Part shown: piece by piece, positions 19,618-28,778 of the stretch
How the letters are laid out: each line of letters opens with the position of its first letter
Numbering within the stretch: the stretch's first letter is position 1
NCBI GenBank assembly: GCA_041659325.1
Contig: JBAZYN010000001.1
Location: forward strand, 238,819 to 302,818
DNA: 64,000 nucleotides
Direction of reading: 5' to 3'
Source of the DNA: Candidatus Shapirobacteria bacterium
Lineage (GTDB): Bacteria; Patescibacteriota; Microgenomatia; UBA12405
Notes under the pieces: generated by a model
What the model saw: only the letters and a program-made list of their open reading frames with translations
Databases searched by the model: none
Told to the model about the DNA's origin: nothing
Position numbers and translations under genes: made by a program

Positions 19618-20649
19618 ATGAAGAAAACTTTAACCGTAATTTTCCTCTTTGTTATCTCTTTCATATTAATAATCTCCCTCATTGTCGGTATCTTTATAAA
19701 AAATATATCCGACAAAACCAATCGATCGCTTTCATATTTTTTTCAAACCTATTCAACCGCACAAAAGAATAGACAAAATATCGCTGATGACTCCATTTCA
19801 ATTATGGTTTTTGGCTTGGACAGAAGAGATGATCTTTTAGAAAAAACTGAAGTTACAGACACAATAATTCTGGCAAATATCAACCTTAAAACCGCTAAAC
19901 TTAACCTCATTTCCATCCCCCGCGATCTTTGGTCTTACGACACCAACACAAAAGTCAACTCCATCTATCCTCTGTCCAAAGATAAACAAAATAAATTTCA
20001 ATTTATCCAGAGTGAATTCGAAAAAATCACTGGCCAAAAAATTACCAACACAATTGTAATTTCTACCGACAACCTGATTGACTTCGTACAACTTATCGGT
20101 GGTGTTGATATTTATTTAGAAAACGGGTTCATAGATGACAAATATCCCAATCCTGACTATGTGGCCAATCCTTCTCCCTTAATCCCGATATACAAGACCA
20201 TAAAATTTCCGGCCGGGAAAAACCACCTCGATATATCAAATATAACTGAATTTGTCCGCTCCCGCAAAAATGCCGAAACATCCGCAAATGGCGGCACTGA
20301 TATCGGTCGAATTTTACGCCAACAACTTCTAATTGAAGCCATTATACAAAAAATAAAAAACTCCGATTTCATAAAAAGCCCTAAAAACCTCATCCATCTT
20401 TACAATTTTTGGCGTCAGACTATTGAAACAAATATAAATGACTCCGACATCATTACTTGGGGGCTTCTATTGGACAAAAACGTAAAAAATATAACTATCC
20501 AAAAGACCACTGTCCCAACCGCAGAATACCCCGAAGTATCGGTTATCTACCACCCCTATCGGTTTATAAACACTCAGTGGGTATACATCCCCGAAGATGA
20601 AAATTATAAAAAGTTACACCAATTTATTGCCAAATCAATAGGTGAATAA
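19618..20649 (+). CDS. LytR-CpsA-Psr (LCP) family cell-envelope glycopolymer transferase
   Basis: An N-terminal TM is followed by 'IMVFGLDRRDD...TDTIILANI...LISIPRDL...VNSIY', which is the LCP core. Confidence 0.75.
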   Translation: MKKTLTVIFLFVISFILIISLIVGIFIKNISDKTNRSLSYFFQTYSTAQKNRQNIADDSISIMVFGLDRRDDLLEKTEVTDTIILANINLKTAKLNLISIPRDLWSYDTNTKVNSIYPLSKDKQNKFQFIQSEFEKITGQKITNTIVISTDNLIDFVQLIGGVDIYLENGFIDDKYPNPDYVANPSPLIPIYKTIKFPAGKNHLDISNITEFVRSRKNAETSANGGTDIGRILRQQLLIEAIIQKIKNSDFIKSPKNLIHLYNFWRQTIETNINDSDIITWGLLLDKNVKNITIQKTTVPTAEYPEVSVIYHPYRFINTQWVYIPEDENYKKLHQFIAKSIGE

Positions 20650-21346
20650 CCAGACAAAAGATTTTTATTACCAAATCCACGTCAGTCGTTACAAAACACT
20701 ATTTTGTGAAATTAAATCGCTAGGTCTACCCGAAAGGTCAAAGGTACTAGACATCGGCTGTTTCCCCCCCTACCTTTATAATTTTCTTAAAAAACAAAAT
20801 TTTGACGTCTATGGTATCTGTTCACCACATGAGGTTCTTAATCAACCCAAAGTCAGCGTTTTAAACATTGATACCGATAGCCTGCCTTACCGGGATGACC
20901 AATTTGACCTTGTGGTTATGTCTGAAGTCATGGAACATCTTACCGATAATCCTGTAAATATCATGTCAGAAGTTTATCGTGTACTAAAGCCAAATGGTTT
21001 CTTTCTCCTTACCACCCCTAACGTTCTCCGCACACAAAACGTTATTTCCCTTATAATCGGTAAAAATATTTATTTTTCTCTCGACCAACTCAAAAACTCA
21101 AGCCAAAAAACAGGGACAATTTATTTTCGTCACAACCGTGAATATACACTTGCGGAAGTCCTTATTCTACTAAAAAGCTCGTGTTTTTCAAAAACTATCT
21201 CAAAACACTTCATTTCCTACCCACCCTTTAGAACAAAAAACCACGCCGATTCTTTTTGGCTAAAAATCCAAAAATATTTAAACTATTGTCTTATGATGAT
21301 ATTCACGAAAAGAAAAGATACCTTGCTCATATTGGCTCAAAAATAA
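20642..21346 (+). CDS. Class I SAM-dependent methyltransferase
   Basis: 'VLDIGCFPPY' is motif I. 'FDLVVMSEVMEHL...VLKPNGFFLLTTPN' is the post-motif II/III region. The start codon is GTG and overlaps the upstream stop. Confidence 0.7.
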   Translation: MNNQTKDFYYQIHVSRYKTLFCEIKSLGLPERSKVLDIGCFPPYLYNFLKKQNFDVYGICSPHEVLNQPKVSVLNIDTDSLPYRDDQFDLVVMSEVMEHLTDNPVNIMSEVYRVLKPNGFFLLTTPNVLRTQNVISLIIGKNIYFSLDQLKNSSQKTGTIYFRHNREYTLAEVLILLKSSCFSKTISKHFISYPPFRTKNHADSFWLKIQKYLNYCLMMIFTKRKDTLLILAQK

Positions 21347-21401
21347 TTTTGTCTACTCCTTTATCTGCTATACTGAACTATTATTAGCTTATCCAAAATA
21401 T

Positions 21402-21887
21402 ATGGAAATCGTCAATCTTTCACCATCAGTTAATACTAGCTCACCAATCAAAAATGAAAAAATGATTACTGTCCCTATATTAGTGATAGTTTTGGCCCTG
21501 TCAATTACCGGAGGTTTTTTTGCCTCACGCTTAAAGCCAATATCTAATTCTCAAAACCAAAACCCCACTCAATCTGCAGATACCGTTGCAAATACCCCGC
21601 CTGACACCGCAGAAAAAGTCGAAGTTGGGAAAATTTACGGTAACCTCGAGAAAAATTTTAAAGACATCGCCACCGGAACACTAGAAAAAGGTAGTATCAA
21701 CGGAGAAGGAACCCATATCCTCAACCGTCCGGGTGGTAAATCACAGAGAGCCTCACTGACTTCCTCGGCCGTAGACCTTGATCTTTTTATCGGCAAAAAT
21801 GTCGAAGTAAGAGGAGAAACCAATTCTTCGACAAAAACCTCCTGGCTAATGGATGTTGGCAGTATTAAGGTACTCGAAAACCAATGA
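21402..21887 (+). CDS. Hypothetical membrane-anchored/secreted protein
   Basis: A TM helix is followed by a low-complexity Thr/Ser/Asn-rich region. No family recognised. Confidence 0.35.
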   Translation: MEIVNLSPSVNTSSPIKNEKMITVPILVIVLALSITGGFFASRLKPISNSQNQNPTQSADTVANTPPDTAEKVEVGKIYGNLEKNFKDIATGTLEKGSINGEGTHILNRPGGKSQRASLTSSAVDLDLFIGKNVEVRGETNSSTKTSWLMDVGSIKVLENQ

Positions 21888-22546
21888 AAGTAATATTCGA
21901 TAATGTTTCCAAAAATTTCGGAATAATTTCCGCCCTAAAAGACATCAACCTAAATATCGATAATGGCGAATTTATTTTTATCGTTGGTCCCTCCGGCGCC
22001 GGAAAATCTACCCTTCTCAAATTAATCCTGGGCCAAATCAGGCCATCATCCGGTTTAATCACCATCGATGATATTGATTTTGGTCATGCCAAAAAAAGCC
22101 AGATAGACAAAATCCGAAGAAAAATAGGCATCATATTTCAAGATTATCAGCTTATTGCCGATAAAAGCGTTGAAGAAAACATCTCCCTCGCCCTTGATAT
22201 AGTCGATTTTCCACCAACCGAAAGACAGTCCAGAATCGATGAAGTAATAAAAAAAGTTAATCTTTCTAGCCGTCGCTTTTTATTCCCCTCACAACTCTCG
22301 GGTGGGGAAATGCAAAGGGCTGCTCTGGCACGAGCTCTTGCCATCAAACCCAGCCTTATCCTGGCCGATGAACCAACAGGCAATCTGGATGTAGAAAACT
22401 CCTGGAACCTAATAAAGCTTCTTAAAGATGTTAACGAACAATACAATACTTCCATAATCATGACCACTCACAATCTCGATATTGTTGACTCCCTAAATAA
22501 AAAAATTATTAAACTCCGCAACGGAGAAATAGAGCAAAAGAAATGA
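21884..22546 (+). CDS. ftsE: Cell-division ABC ATPase FtsE
   Basis: '[14 protein letters not shown]' is Walker A. '[15 protein letters not shown]' is the ABC signature. '[12 protein letters not shown]' is Walker B. Confidence 0.85.
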   Translation: MKVIFDNVSKNFGIISALKDINLNIDNGEFIFIVGPSGAGKSTLLKLILGQIRPSSGLITIDDIDFGHAKKSQIDKIRRKIGIIFQDYQLIADKSVEENISLALDIVDFPPTERQSRIDEVIKKVNLSSRRFLFPSQLSGGEMQRAALARALAIKPSLILADEPTGNLDVENSWNLIKLLKDVNEQYNTSIIMTTHNLDIVDSLNKKIIKLRNGEIEQKK

Positions 22547-23415
22547 GCACCATAAAAAACACCTGGCATCACATACGTCGGTCACCGTTCCAAAGCCTCA
22601 CCGCAATCCTAATTATGTTTATTACCTTTTTTTCACTTACTACTTTTTTAGTTATAAGCGACGGTATGGGCTCAGTCCTTAGATACTTTGAGACAAAACC
22701 CGAGGTGACCATATATTTGAAGGACGGACTGGACAAAAATACCATGGATAATCTTCAAAAAGAATTAGCAAATTACCAAAACGTTAAGGAGATAAAATTT
22801 ATATCCAAAGAAAAGGCTCTATCAATTTACAAGGAACAAAACAAATCAAACCCTATGTTGACAGAAATGGTAACCGCTAGCATCCTCCCCGCATCTTTCG
22901 AGGTCTCGGTATCCGATCCTTCCGTCTTGGAACAAATTGCTCAAAATTTTTCTGCCAAAACCAACGTCGTCGACGAAATAATTTACCAAAAAGACATGAT
23001 TACTTCACTTCTTAATTGGACCAATATTATCCGAAAAAGCGGCATCATAATAGTCTCTATCACGGCAATAATCTCCTTTTTCGTCACCTCAGTAATTATC
23101 GGTATGAAAATTACCAATAGAAAAGAAGAAATTCATATTAGTCGTCTGCTTGGAGCCTCAAAGCATTATGTTAAAAAATCATTTCTATTGGAAGGTATTT
23201 TTTACGGATTTTTTGGTAGTTTAACCGGCGGACTAATCAGTCACCTTCTTTTATATAAATTCACCCCCCAATTTAACACCTTTTTCCAACCAATTATCTT
23301 CATAAGAAATGACTATACTCTCTACGGCCTAATCCTCTTGATCGAAATATTCTTGGGCATGATTATCGGATACACCGCTAGTTGGTTTGGTACCAAAAGA
23401 TACATAAAATTCTAA
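22543..23415 (+). CDS. ftsX: Cell-division permease FtsX
   Basis: The protein has four TM segments with a large first extracytoplasmic loop. It overlaps ftsE as ATGA. Confidence 0.75.
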   Translation: MSTIKNTWHHIRRSPFQSLTAILIMFITFFSLTTFLVISDGMGSVLRYFETKPEVTIYLKDGLDKNTMDNLQKELANYQNVKEIKFISKEKALSIYKEQNKSNPMLTEMVTASILPASFEVSVSDPSVLEQIAQNFSAKTNVVDEIIYQKDMITSLLNWTNIIRKSGIIIVSITAIISFFVTSVIIGMKITNRKEEIHISRLLGASKHYVKKSFLLEGIFYGFFGSLTGGLISHLLLYKFTPQFNTFFQPIIFIRNDYTLYGLILLIEIFLGMIIGYTASWFGTKRYIKF

Positions 23416-23423
23416 GTTCGTCT

Positions 23424-24539
23424 ATGCAAATAAAAGCCTTAATATTTGGCGTATTTTTTATTATTATTTACTCTTTAAATTTTATCCCCAAAACTTTTGC
23501 CGCTTGTTCGGATGGTCGATGTGACAATCCGGAAGAATATGATAACTATATAAAAGAACTGGGGGATAAAGTTGTAGACCTTTCAAAGGCCAAAGACACT
23601 CTGGTCAACCAAATCAGCTATCTAAACTCTCAGATTCAACTTACCTTAGTCAAAATTACACAAACTGAAAACTCAATTAATACCCTGGAAAAAGAAATTG
23701 ACTCGCTTACCATAAAAATCGACAATCTCGACGTATATCTTAACCAACTCTCCTCAGCCTATATCCAACAAATTAACCAAAATTACCGGCTTCAGCGACG
23801 AAATTCTCAGCTAGAATTTTTTCTAAACGGCAATTTTAATGGTCTTTTGCAACAATACAAATATATTGCTTCTGTCCAAAAAAGCAGTCAGGAAACTTTA
23901 ATCAACATCGAAACGGTCCGGACCAACTATGATCTCCAAAAAGTCGCCAAAGAAAAGAAACAGGAAGAGCTAGAACTACTTCGAAAGACTCTTGCTACCC
24001 AAAAAATCAGTCTAGCTGGCCAAAAAACCACCAAAACCGGATTACTGGAAATTACAAAAAACGACGAGGCAAAGTATCAATCACTTAAAAAAGCCGCCGA
24101 AAACGAATTAAGCTCACTTTTAAAGGCCAAATTTACGGGTAAGCGGAATGTTAAAAAAGGAGAAGCGCTAGGCACTATGGGTAATACCGGATATTCTTTC
24201 GGGGATCATCTCCATTTCGGGTTATATGAACTCCACGAAGAAGATTTGAATAAGTGGGTTTACGCCAATGATATTGACCCATCTTCATACATGGACAACC
24301 ACAGAAAACCCATGGATGATCCGATTGAAATTACACAAGGTAGAGGTAATACTAAATACTCATACCTCTATTCAGACCGTTTCCACCATGGAATTGATAT
24401 GGTATCCAGTAATAAAACAATCAGGGCAGTCAATGACGGTGTTGCTTATTTCTTCAGAAACGCTGGCAGCAGTCTTGGTAACCATGTAAAGCTATTTCAC
24501 CCGGACGGCAAGATGACTCTCTACCTGCATATGCAATAG
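23424..24539 (+). CDS. Coiled-coil M23 (LytM-type) metallopeptidase, EnvC-like, with permuted motif order
   Basis: An N-terminal TM is followed by a long coiled coil. The C-terminal region carries 'GTMGNTGYSFGDHLHFGLY' (the HxH motif) before 'HHGIDM...VNDGVAYF...LGNHVKLFHPDGKMTLYLHM' (the HxxxD half). This order is reversed relative to canonical M23. The ORF track starts it at 23382, but an ATG at 23424 avoids overlap with ftsX. Confidence 0.7.
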   Translation: MQIKALIFGVFFIIIYSLNFIPKTFAACSDGRCDNPEEYDNYIKELGDKVVDLSKAKDTLVNQISYLNSQIQLTLVKITQTENSINTLEKEIDSLTIKIDNLDVYLNQLSSAYIQQINQNYRLQRRNSQLEFFLNGNFNGLLQQYKYIASVQKSSQETLINIETVRTNYDLQKVAKEKKQEELELLRKTLATQKISLAGQKTTKTGLLEITKNDEAKYQSLKKAAENELSSLLKAKFTGKRNVKKGEALGTMGNTGYSFGDHLHFGLYELHEEDLNKWVYANDIDPSSYMDNHRKPMDDPIEITQGRGNTKYSYLYSDRFHHGIDMVSSNKTIRAVNDGVAYFFRNAGSSLGNHVKLFHPDGKMTLYLHMQ

Positions 24540-24540
24540 A

Positions 24541-25167
24541 TTAAAATCCTCTGGCCAATTTTCGGAGATACAAAGCCAAAACACCACCTGATACTAATAG
24601 AGCAGTTTTTACGGGTAATGAATCATCGCCAGTCGTCGGAACCATTTTTTTAGCCACATAATAGGAAGCGTTGTCCTTATCATTTACATTGCCGGAAACG
24701 ACATTTACCTTGTTGGTTAATTTCATAGCAGTCACTCCGATTGATTCAACACCGCTAATCTTGGCTCGGATCACGTATGTTTTGCTTTGTCCAGGCAATA
24801 ATTTTTCCAAATCCCAGTTAATCGTATTTGAATTTTTATCAACTGATCCTGGGCTAAAAACTAACGATAGATATTGCGGTAATACGTCAGAAAAGGTCAT
24901 ACCGGTTAGATCTTCATTACCGGCATTTGTAACCACTATCTCAAATTCAATGGTATCTCCGTCCACAAAAGTATATTTCGAGCTTGGTATATTATCAAAC
25001 AGAATATTTTCCTTCATAAGTCTAATCTTCTTATCGATGGTCACTATTTTTTTCAGATCGTTTTGAGAATAATACTGCGCCCCAACACTCCCGGGATTAA
25101 AAAAACTGAAAACTAGACCAAAAGCCGCTGCTAGAATAAAACCGATTTTAATGTTTTTGTGTTCCAC
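24541..25167 (-). CDS. Secreted DUF11 ('conserved repeat domain') surface protein with C-terminal sortase-type sorting signal
   Basis: A signal peptide is followed by 'TFVDGDTIEFEIVVTNAGNEDLTGMTFSDVLP', which is DUF11-like. The C-terminus reads 'VPTTGDDSLPVKTALLVSGGVLALYLRKLARGF', which is an XPXTG-like motif followed by a hydrophobic stretch and a basic tail. Confidence 0.55.
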   Translation of the reverse strand: MEHKNIKIGFILAAAFGLVFSFFNPGSVGAQYYSQNDLKKIVTIDKKIRLMKENILFDNIPSSKYTFVDGDTIEFEIVVTNAGNEDLTGMTFSDVLPQYLSLVFSPGSVDKNSNTINWDLEKLLPGQSKTYVIRAKISGVESIGVTAMKLTNKVNVVSGNVNDKDNASYYVAKKMVPTTGDDSLPVKTALLVSGGVLALYLRKLARGF

Positions 25168-25250
25168 CTGCTTTTATTATATATATAAACTATTACAGGA
25201 CATTATATCTCAATTTTACCCCATGTCAAGTAGTCTGCTATACTTTCACT

Positions 25251-25976
25251 ATGCATAAAAAACTTCTCAAAGAACTATCAATATTTTTTCCATGCTACAA
25301 CGAGGAAAAAAACATATCAGATACGGTTGACAAAGCAGTCCCCGTTTTGAAAAAAATATCCGACCAGTGGGAAATTATATTGGTTAATGACGGTTCAAAA
25401 GATAAAACGCCCCAAGTTCTTGAAACTATCAAAAAAAAATACCCCCAAAACACTTCTATTATCACTCACAATCCCAATAGGGGATATGGGGCCGCTTTTA
25501 AAAGCGGAGTCTATAACTCAAGATACGAGTGGATTGCCTTTACAGACGCAGACGGTCAATTTGATTTTTCCGAAATTACTAAACTGATCAAAAAACAACA
25601 GACTACCGGTGCTGATTTAGTTATAGGATATTATTTAGGGAGAAAAGTCCCGTTTTACCGAATCTGGGGATCTTCTCTTTGGCAAATCGCTGTATTCATT
25701 CTTTTCGGTCTTAAAGTAAAAGATATCGACTGCGGCTTTAAACTCATTCGGAAAAAAGTAATCGACACCATTCCGAAGCTAGAGGCCGAAAGAGGGCCGT
25801 TTATATCAAGTGAATTCCTAATTAAAGCAAAAAAATCCGGTTATAAAATAGTAGAAATCGGAGTAAGTCATTTTAGTCGCACGGCCGGTGAAGCAACCGG
25901 AGCCAAACTAAACGTCATTCTGGCCGGATTCAAGGATCTGTTCCGGCTCTGGTACAAAATAAATTTCCAAAAATGA
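25251..25976 (+). CDS. Polyprenyl-phosphate sugar synthase (GT2; DPM1/ArnC/CsbB-like), cassette A
   Basis: 'FFPCYNEEKNI' is followed by 'IILVNDGSKDKT', then 'FTDADGQF' (DxD), and a C-terminal amphipathic/TM anchor. Confidence 0.7.
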   Translation: MHKKLLKELSIFFPCYNEEKNISDTVDKAVPVLKKISDQWEIILVNDGSKDKTPQVLETIKKKYPQNTSIITHNPNRGYGAAFKSGVYNSRYEWIAFTDADGQFDFSEITKLIKKQQTTGADLVIGYYLGRKVPFYRIWGSSLWQIAVFILFGLKVKDIDCGFKLIRKKVIDTIPKLEAERGPFISSEFLIKAKKSGYKIVEIGVSHFSRTAGEATGAKLNVILAGFKDLFRLWYKINFQK

Positions 25977-27469
25977 CCTTGTTTCGAAGAATCCTTGGTT
26001 ATGCTAAAACTGAAAAGACCCTAATTCTCATCCTTTTTCTTGCCGCCTTTTTCAGACTTTATGATGTTGGCGGCTATATGGAATTCTTGGGTGATCAGGG
26101 AAGGGACATGGTAATTGTCCGAGATTTCCTTAAAAACGGTAATCTTTTTTTTATCGGGCCTCAAACCAGCATCGGTAACATGTATCTCGGCCCGTTCTAC
26201 TACTACCTAATTGCCCCATCACTGCTTTTATCCGGATATAACCCCACAGGACCATCAATATTTATCGCCATTTTATCTATATTAACCGTTTTTCTGATTT
26301 ATAAAATTTCAAATAAATGGTTTAGCAAAAATACCGCCATTATTGCCTCAATTTTGTATTCTATTTCTCCGGTTGTAATTAAATACTCCAATTTCTCCTG
26401 GAATCCAAATGTAATGCCTTTATTTTCCCTGCTTTTTGTATATTTTATGGTTGAAGGTCTTACTCAAAAAAAATACCTCTATTTTATCTACGCATCTCTT
26501 TCCTATATTATGGCCATTAATTCCCATTATCTAGCCCTCCTTCTGCTCCCTCTTGCAGCAGTCTTGTGGTTTATCCACTTGTTCAAAACAAAGAAGATCT
26601 CCAAAGAGTTCTTCACTTTTACCATATACGCGATAGTAATTTTTGTGATTTCCCTGACTCCTCAGATATTATTTGACCTGAAACATCAAAACCAAAACTT
26701 AAACGCTTTAGTCAAGTTCTTTACCAACAGGGAAACCACTGTCAATCTAAAGGCTTACAAGACCCTCCCTAGCCTGATTCCTCTGACTAATCAGATCAAT
26801 TCCCGTCTCCTCCTGGGAAAAAACGAAACATTATCCCTACCGCTAACCGTCTTTATTTTTGTAGGCTCATTTCTGGTTTTTTTCAAAAAAAATACCAAAA
26901 GAACCTATTTCGTTGCCCTATTTCTGTGGTTACTTTTTGGCATCGGCGGGTTGGGACTGTACAAACAACATATATACGACCACTACTTTGGCTTTATCTT
27001 TCCGGTCCCATTTATTATTGTAGGCATAGTTTTAAGCTCGCTATTTGAATTCAACCGTTTGACCAAAATTGTCGGCTCGGCCCTGCTTCTCATTTTAGTT
27101 TATCTATCCGTTCTTGAAACACCCATCCAATACCCTCCAAACAATCAATTGCAAACTACACAAACTATCGTCAAATCAATTCTCGCTGAATCAAATAATC
27201 AACCTTTTAATTTTGCCCTTCTGGCAAAACAAAATTATGACCCGCCTTATAGGTATTATTTTTCCGAATATAACTCACAAATCTATCTTCTTCAAGATAA
27301 GATTACCGACCAACTTTTTGTAGTTTGCGAACCATGGCAGATAGACTGCCAACCGATAAACAACCCCGAATGGAATATTGCCGCCTTTGGGTGGGCAAAA
27401 ATTGACAAACAATGGCAAATAAACGGAATAACAATATTTAAGCTAACTCATAATGTTCCGAAAAATTAA
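25973..27469 (+). CDS. ArnT-like GT-C membrane glycosyltransferase, cassette A copy 1
   Basis: 'LGDQGRDMVIVRDFLKNGNLFFIGPQTSIGNMYLGPFYYYLIAP' can be compared with the ArnT 'DEARYAEI..M...GDW..P...G.PYFEKPPL.YW' loop. The protein is polytopic. Confidence 0.55.
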   Translation: MTLFRRILGYAKTEKTLILILFLAAFFRLYDVGGYMEFLGDQGRDMVIVRDFLKNGNLFFIGPQTSIGNMYLGPFYYYLIAPSLLLSGYNPTGPSIFIAILSILTVFLIYKISNKWFSKNTAIIASILYSISPVVIKYSNFSWNPNVMPLFSLLFVYFMVEGLTQKKYLYFIYASLSYIMAINSHYLALLLLPLAAVLWFIHLFKTKKISKEFFTFTIYAIVIFVISLTPQILFDLKHQNQNLNALVKFFTNRETTVNLKAYKTLPSLIPLTNQINSRLLLGKNETLSLPLTVFIFVGSFLVFFKKNTKRTYFVALFLWLLFGIGGLGLYKQHIYDHYFGFIFPVPFIIVGIVLSSLFEFNRLTKIVGSALLLILVYLSVLETPIQYPPNNQLQTTQTIVKSILAESNNQPFNFALLAKQNYDPPYRYYFSEYNSQIYLLQDKITDQLFVVCEPWQIDCQPINNPEWNIAAFGWAKIDKQWQINGITIFKLTHNVPKN

Positions 27470-28778
27470 TTCAAATGTTATCTTGCTGATAATTTTGTTG
27501 ATTTCCCTCTGCTTCAGAATCTATAAGCTCAATGAACTTTATAATTTTGACTGGGACCAGGAAGACGATGCCCAGAAAGTGACCGAAATGATCACCAGTC
27601 ATAAGCCCAGGTTGATAGGGCCAAGAGTTGCAAACGACAATGGATTCTTTGTCGGCCCATTTCATTATTATTTTTTAGTCCCTTTTTACCTTATTACCAA
27701 CAATAATCCAATCGCCGGTGCCTATGCATCAATATCTATAGGGTTAATTACGACTCTGGTTATATATGTAGTCTCTCAAAAAATATTCGGTGAAAATACC
27801 GCCCGTCTTTCCGCCCTAATTTATTCCCTACTACCATCGATTACCTCCTGGAACGTCATGTACACCGCTCCGCTATCACTTATTATATTTTATCTGTGCC
27901 ACCAACTTATTTCCGGAAAGAATAATCTTTTTCCTTTGTTGATTTTTACATATTCATTCTCAGCCACCACCCACCTTGTTCCCGTCTCTCTTTTTATCCC
28001 CATTATTATTTCTCTTTTGCTAGCCGATAAAAAACCTTCCTCAAAACAAATTATTTTAAGCCTGATACTTTCAATAATCCCCCTCATTCCCTTGATTATT
28101 TTTGACCTGAGACACCAATTTCTTAATATTAAAAACTTAATTAATTTTATATCCGTATCAAAAAATAATGACTATCCTCCGTATTTATTTTTAAGAAGTT
28201 ACTGGCGCTCAATCAATCTACTTTTTATTAAAATCCATTATTTAATAATTGTTGAAAGAATAGTGATAATTACGGCTGCTTTGACCTCCGTTTTTCTACA
28301 AAACAATAAAAAATATAAAATATTTATTTTCTCCTGGCTTTTGACCCCAATACTTATTTTGTCTTTTTATCGGGGAAATATTCCCGAATACTATTACGGA
28401 TCTTCCAACATTATAATCCCTATCCTCTTGTCTTTCCTGATTTCCAAAATATTGTCAGCAAAATTGTTGACCTTTTTTTCAGTCGCTTTCCTGACATTCC
28501 AAATTATAAATTTCCCTTCCACTCCGACTGGCATCACCCTAAAGGACAAAACGGAAGCAGTGTCTTTTTTAATTAACCAAAACCGGGATCCGATTTTTAA
28601 TGTCTCCTACGACCTCCCCTTAGGTTTTGATAACGGCTATGCATATCTTTTTCGTTATTTTGGCAAAGAACCACAGAACACCCCCGCTGGCCACTTGTAC
28701 TCCATTAGCCTTTCAACACGTCCCTCGACTGGGGAAATTGTTTATACAAACAACACTCTCAGCATTGTTCGAAAATAA
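27453..28778 (+). CDS. ArnT-like GT-C membrane glycosyltransferase, cassette A copy 2
   Basis: 'WDQEDDAQKVTEMITSHKPRLIGPRVANDNGFFVGPFHYYFLVP' belongs to the same family as the 25973 gene. It overlaps the upstream gene by 17 nt. Confidence 0.5.
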   Translation: MFRKINSNVILLIILLISLCFRIYKLNELYNFDWDQEDDAQKVTEMITSHKPRLIGPRVANDNGFFVGPFHYYFLVPFYLITNNNPIAGAYASISIGLITTLVIYVVSQKIFGENTARLSALIYSLLPSITSWNVMYTAPLSLIIFYLCHQLISGKNNLFPLLIFTYSFSATTHLVPVSLFIPIIISLLLADKKPSSKQIILSLILSIIPLIPLIIFDLRHQFLNIKNLINFISVSKNNDYPPYLFLRSYWRSINLLFIKIHYLIIVERIVIITAALTSVFLQNNKKYKIFIFSWLLTPILILSFYRGNIPEYYYGSSNIIIPILLSFLISKILSAKLLTFFSVAFLTFQIINFPSTPTGITLKDKTEAVSFLINQNRDPIFNVSYDLPLGFDNGYAYLFRYFGKEPQNTPAGHLYSISLSTRPSTGEIVYTNNTLSIVRK

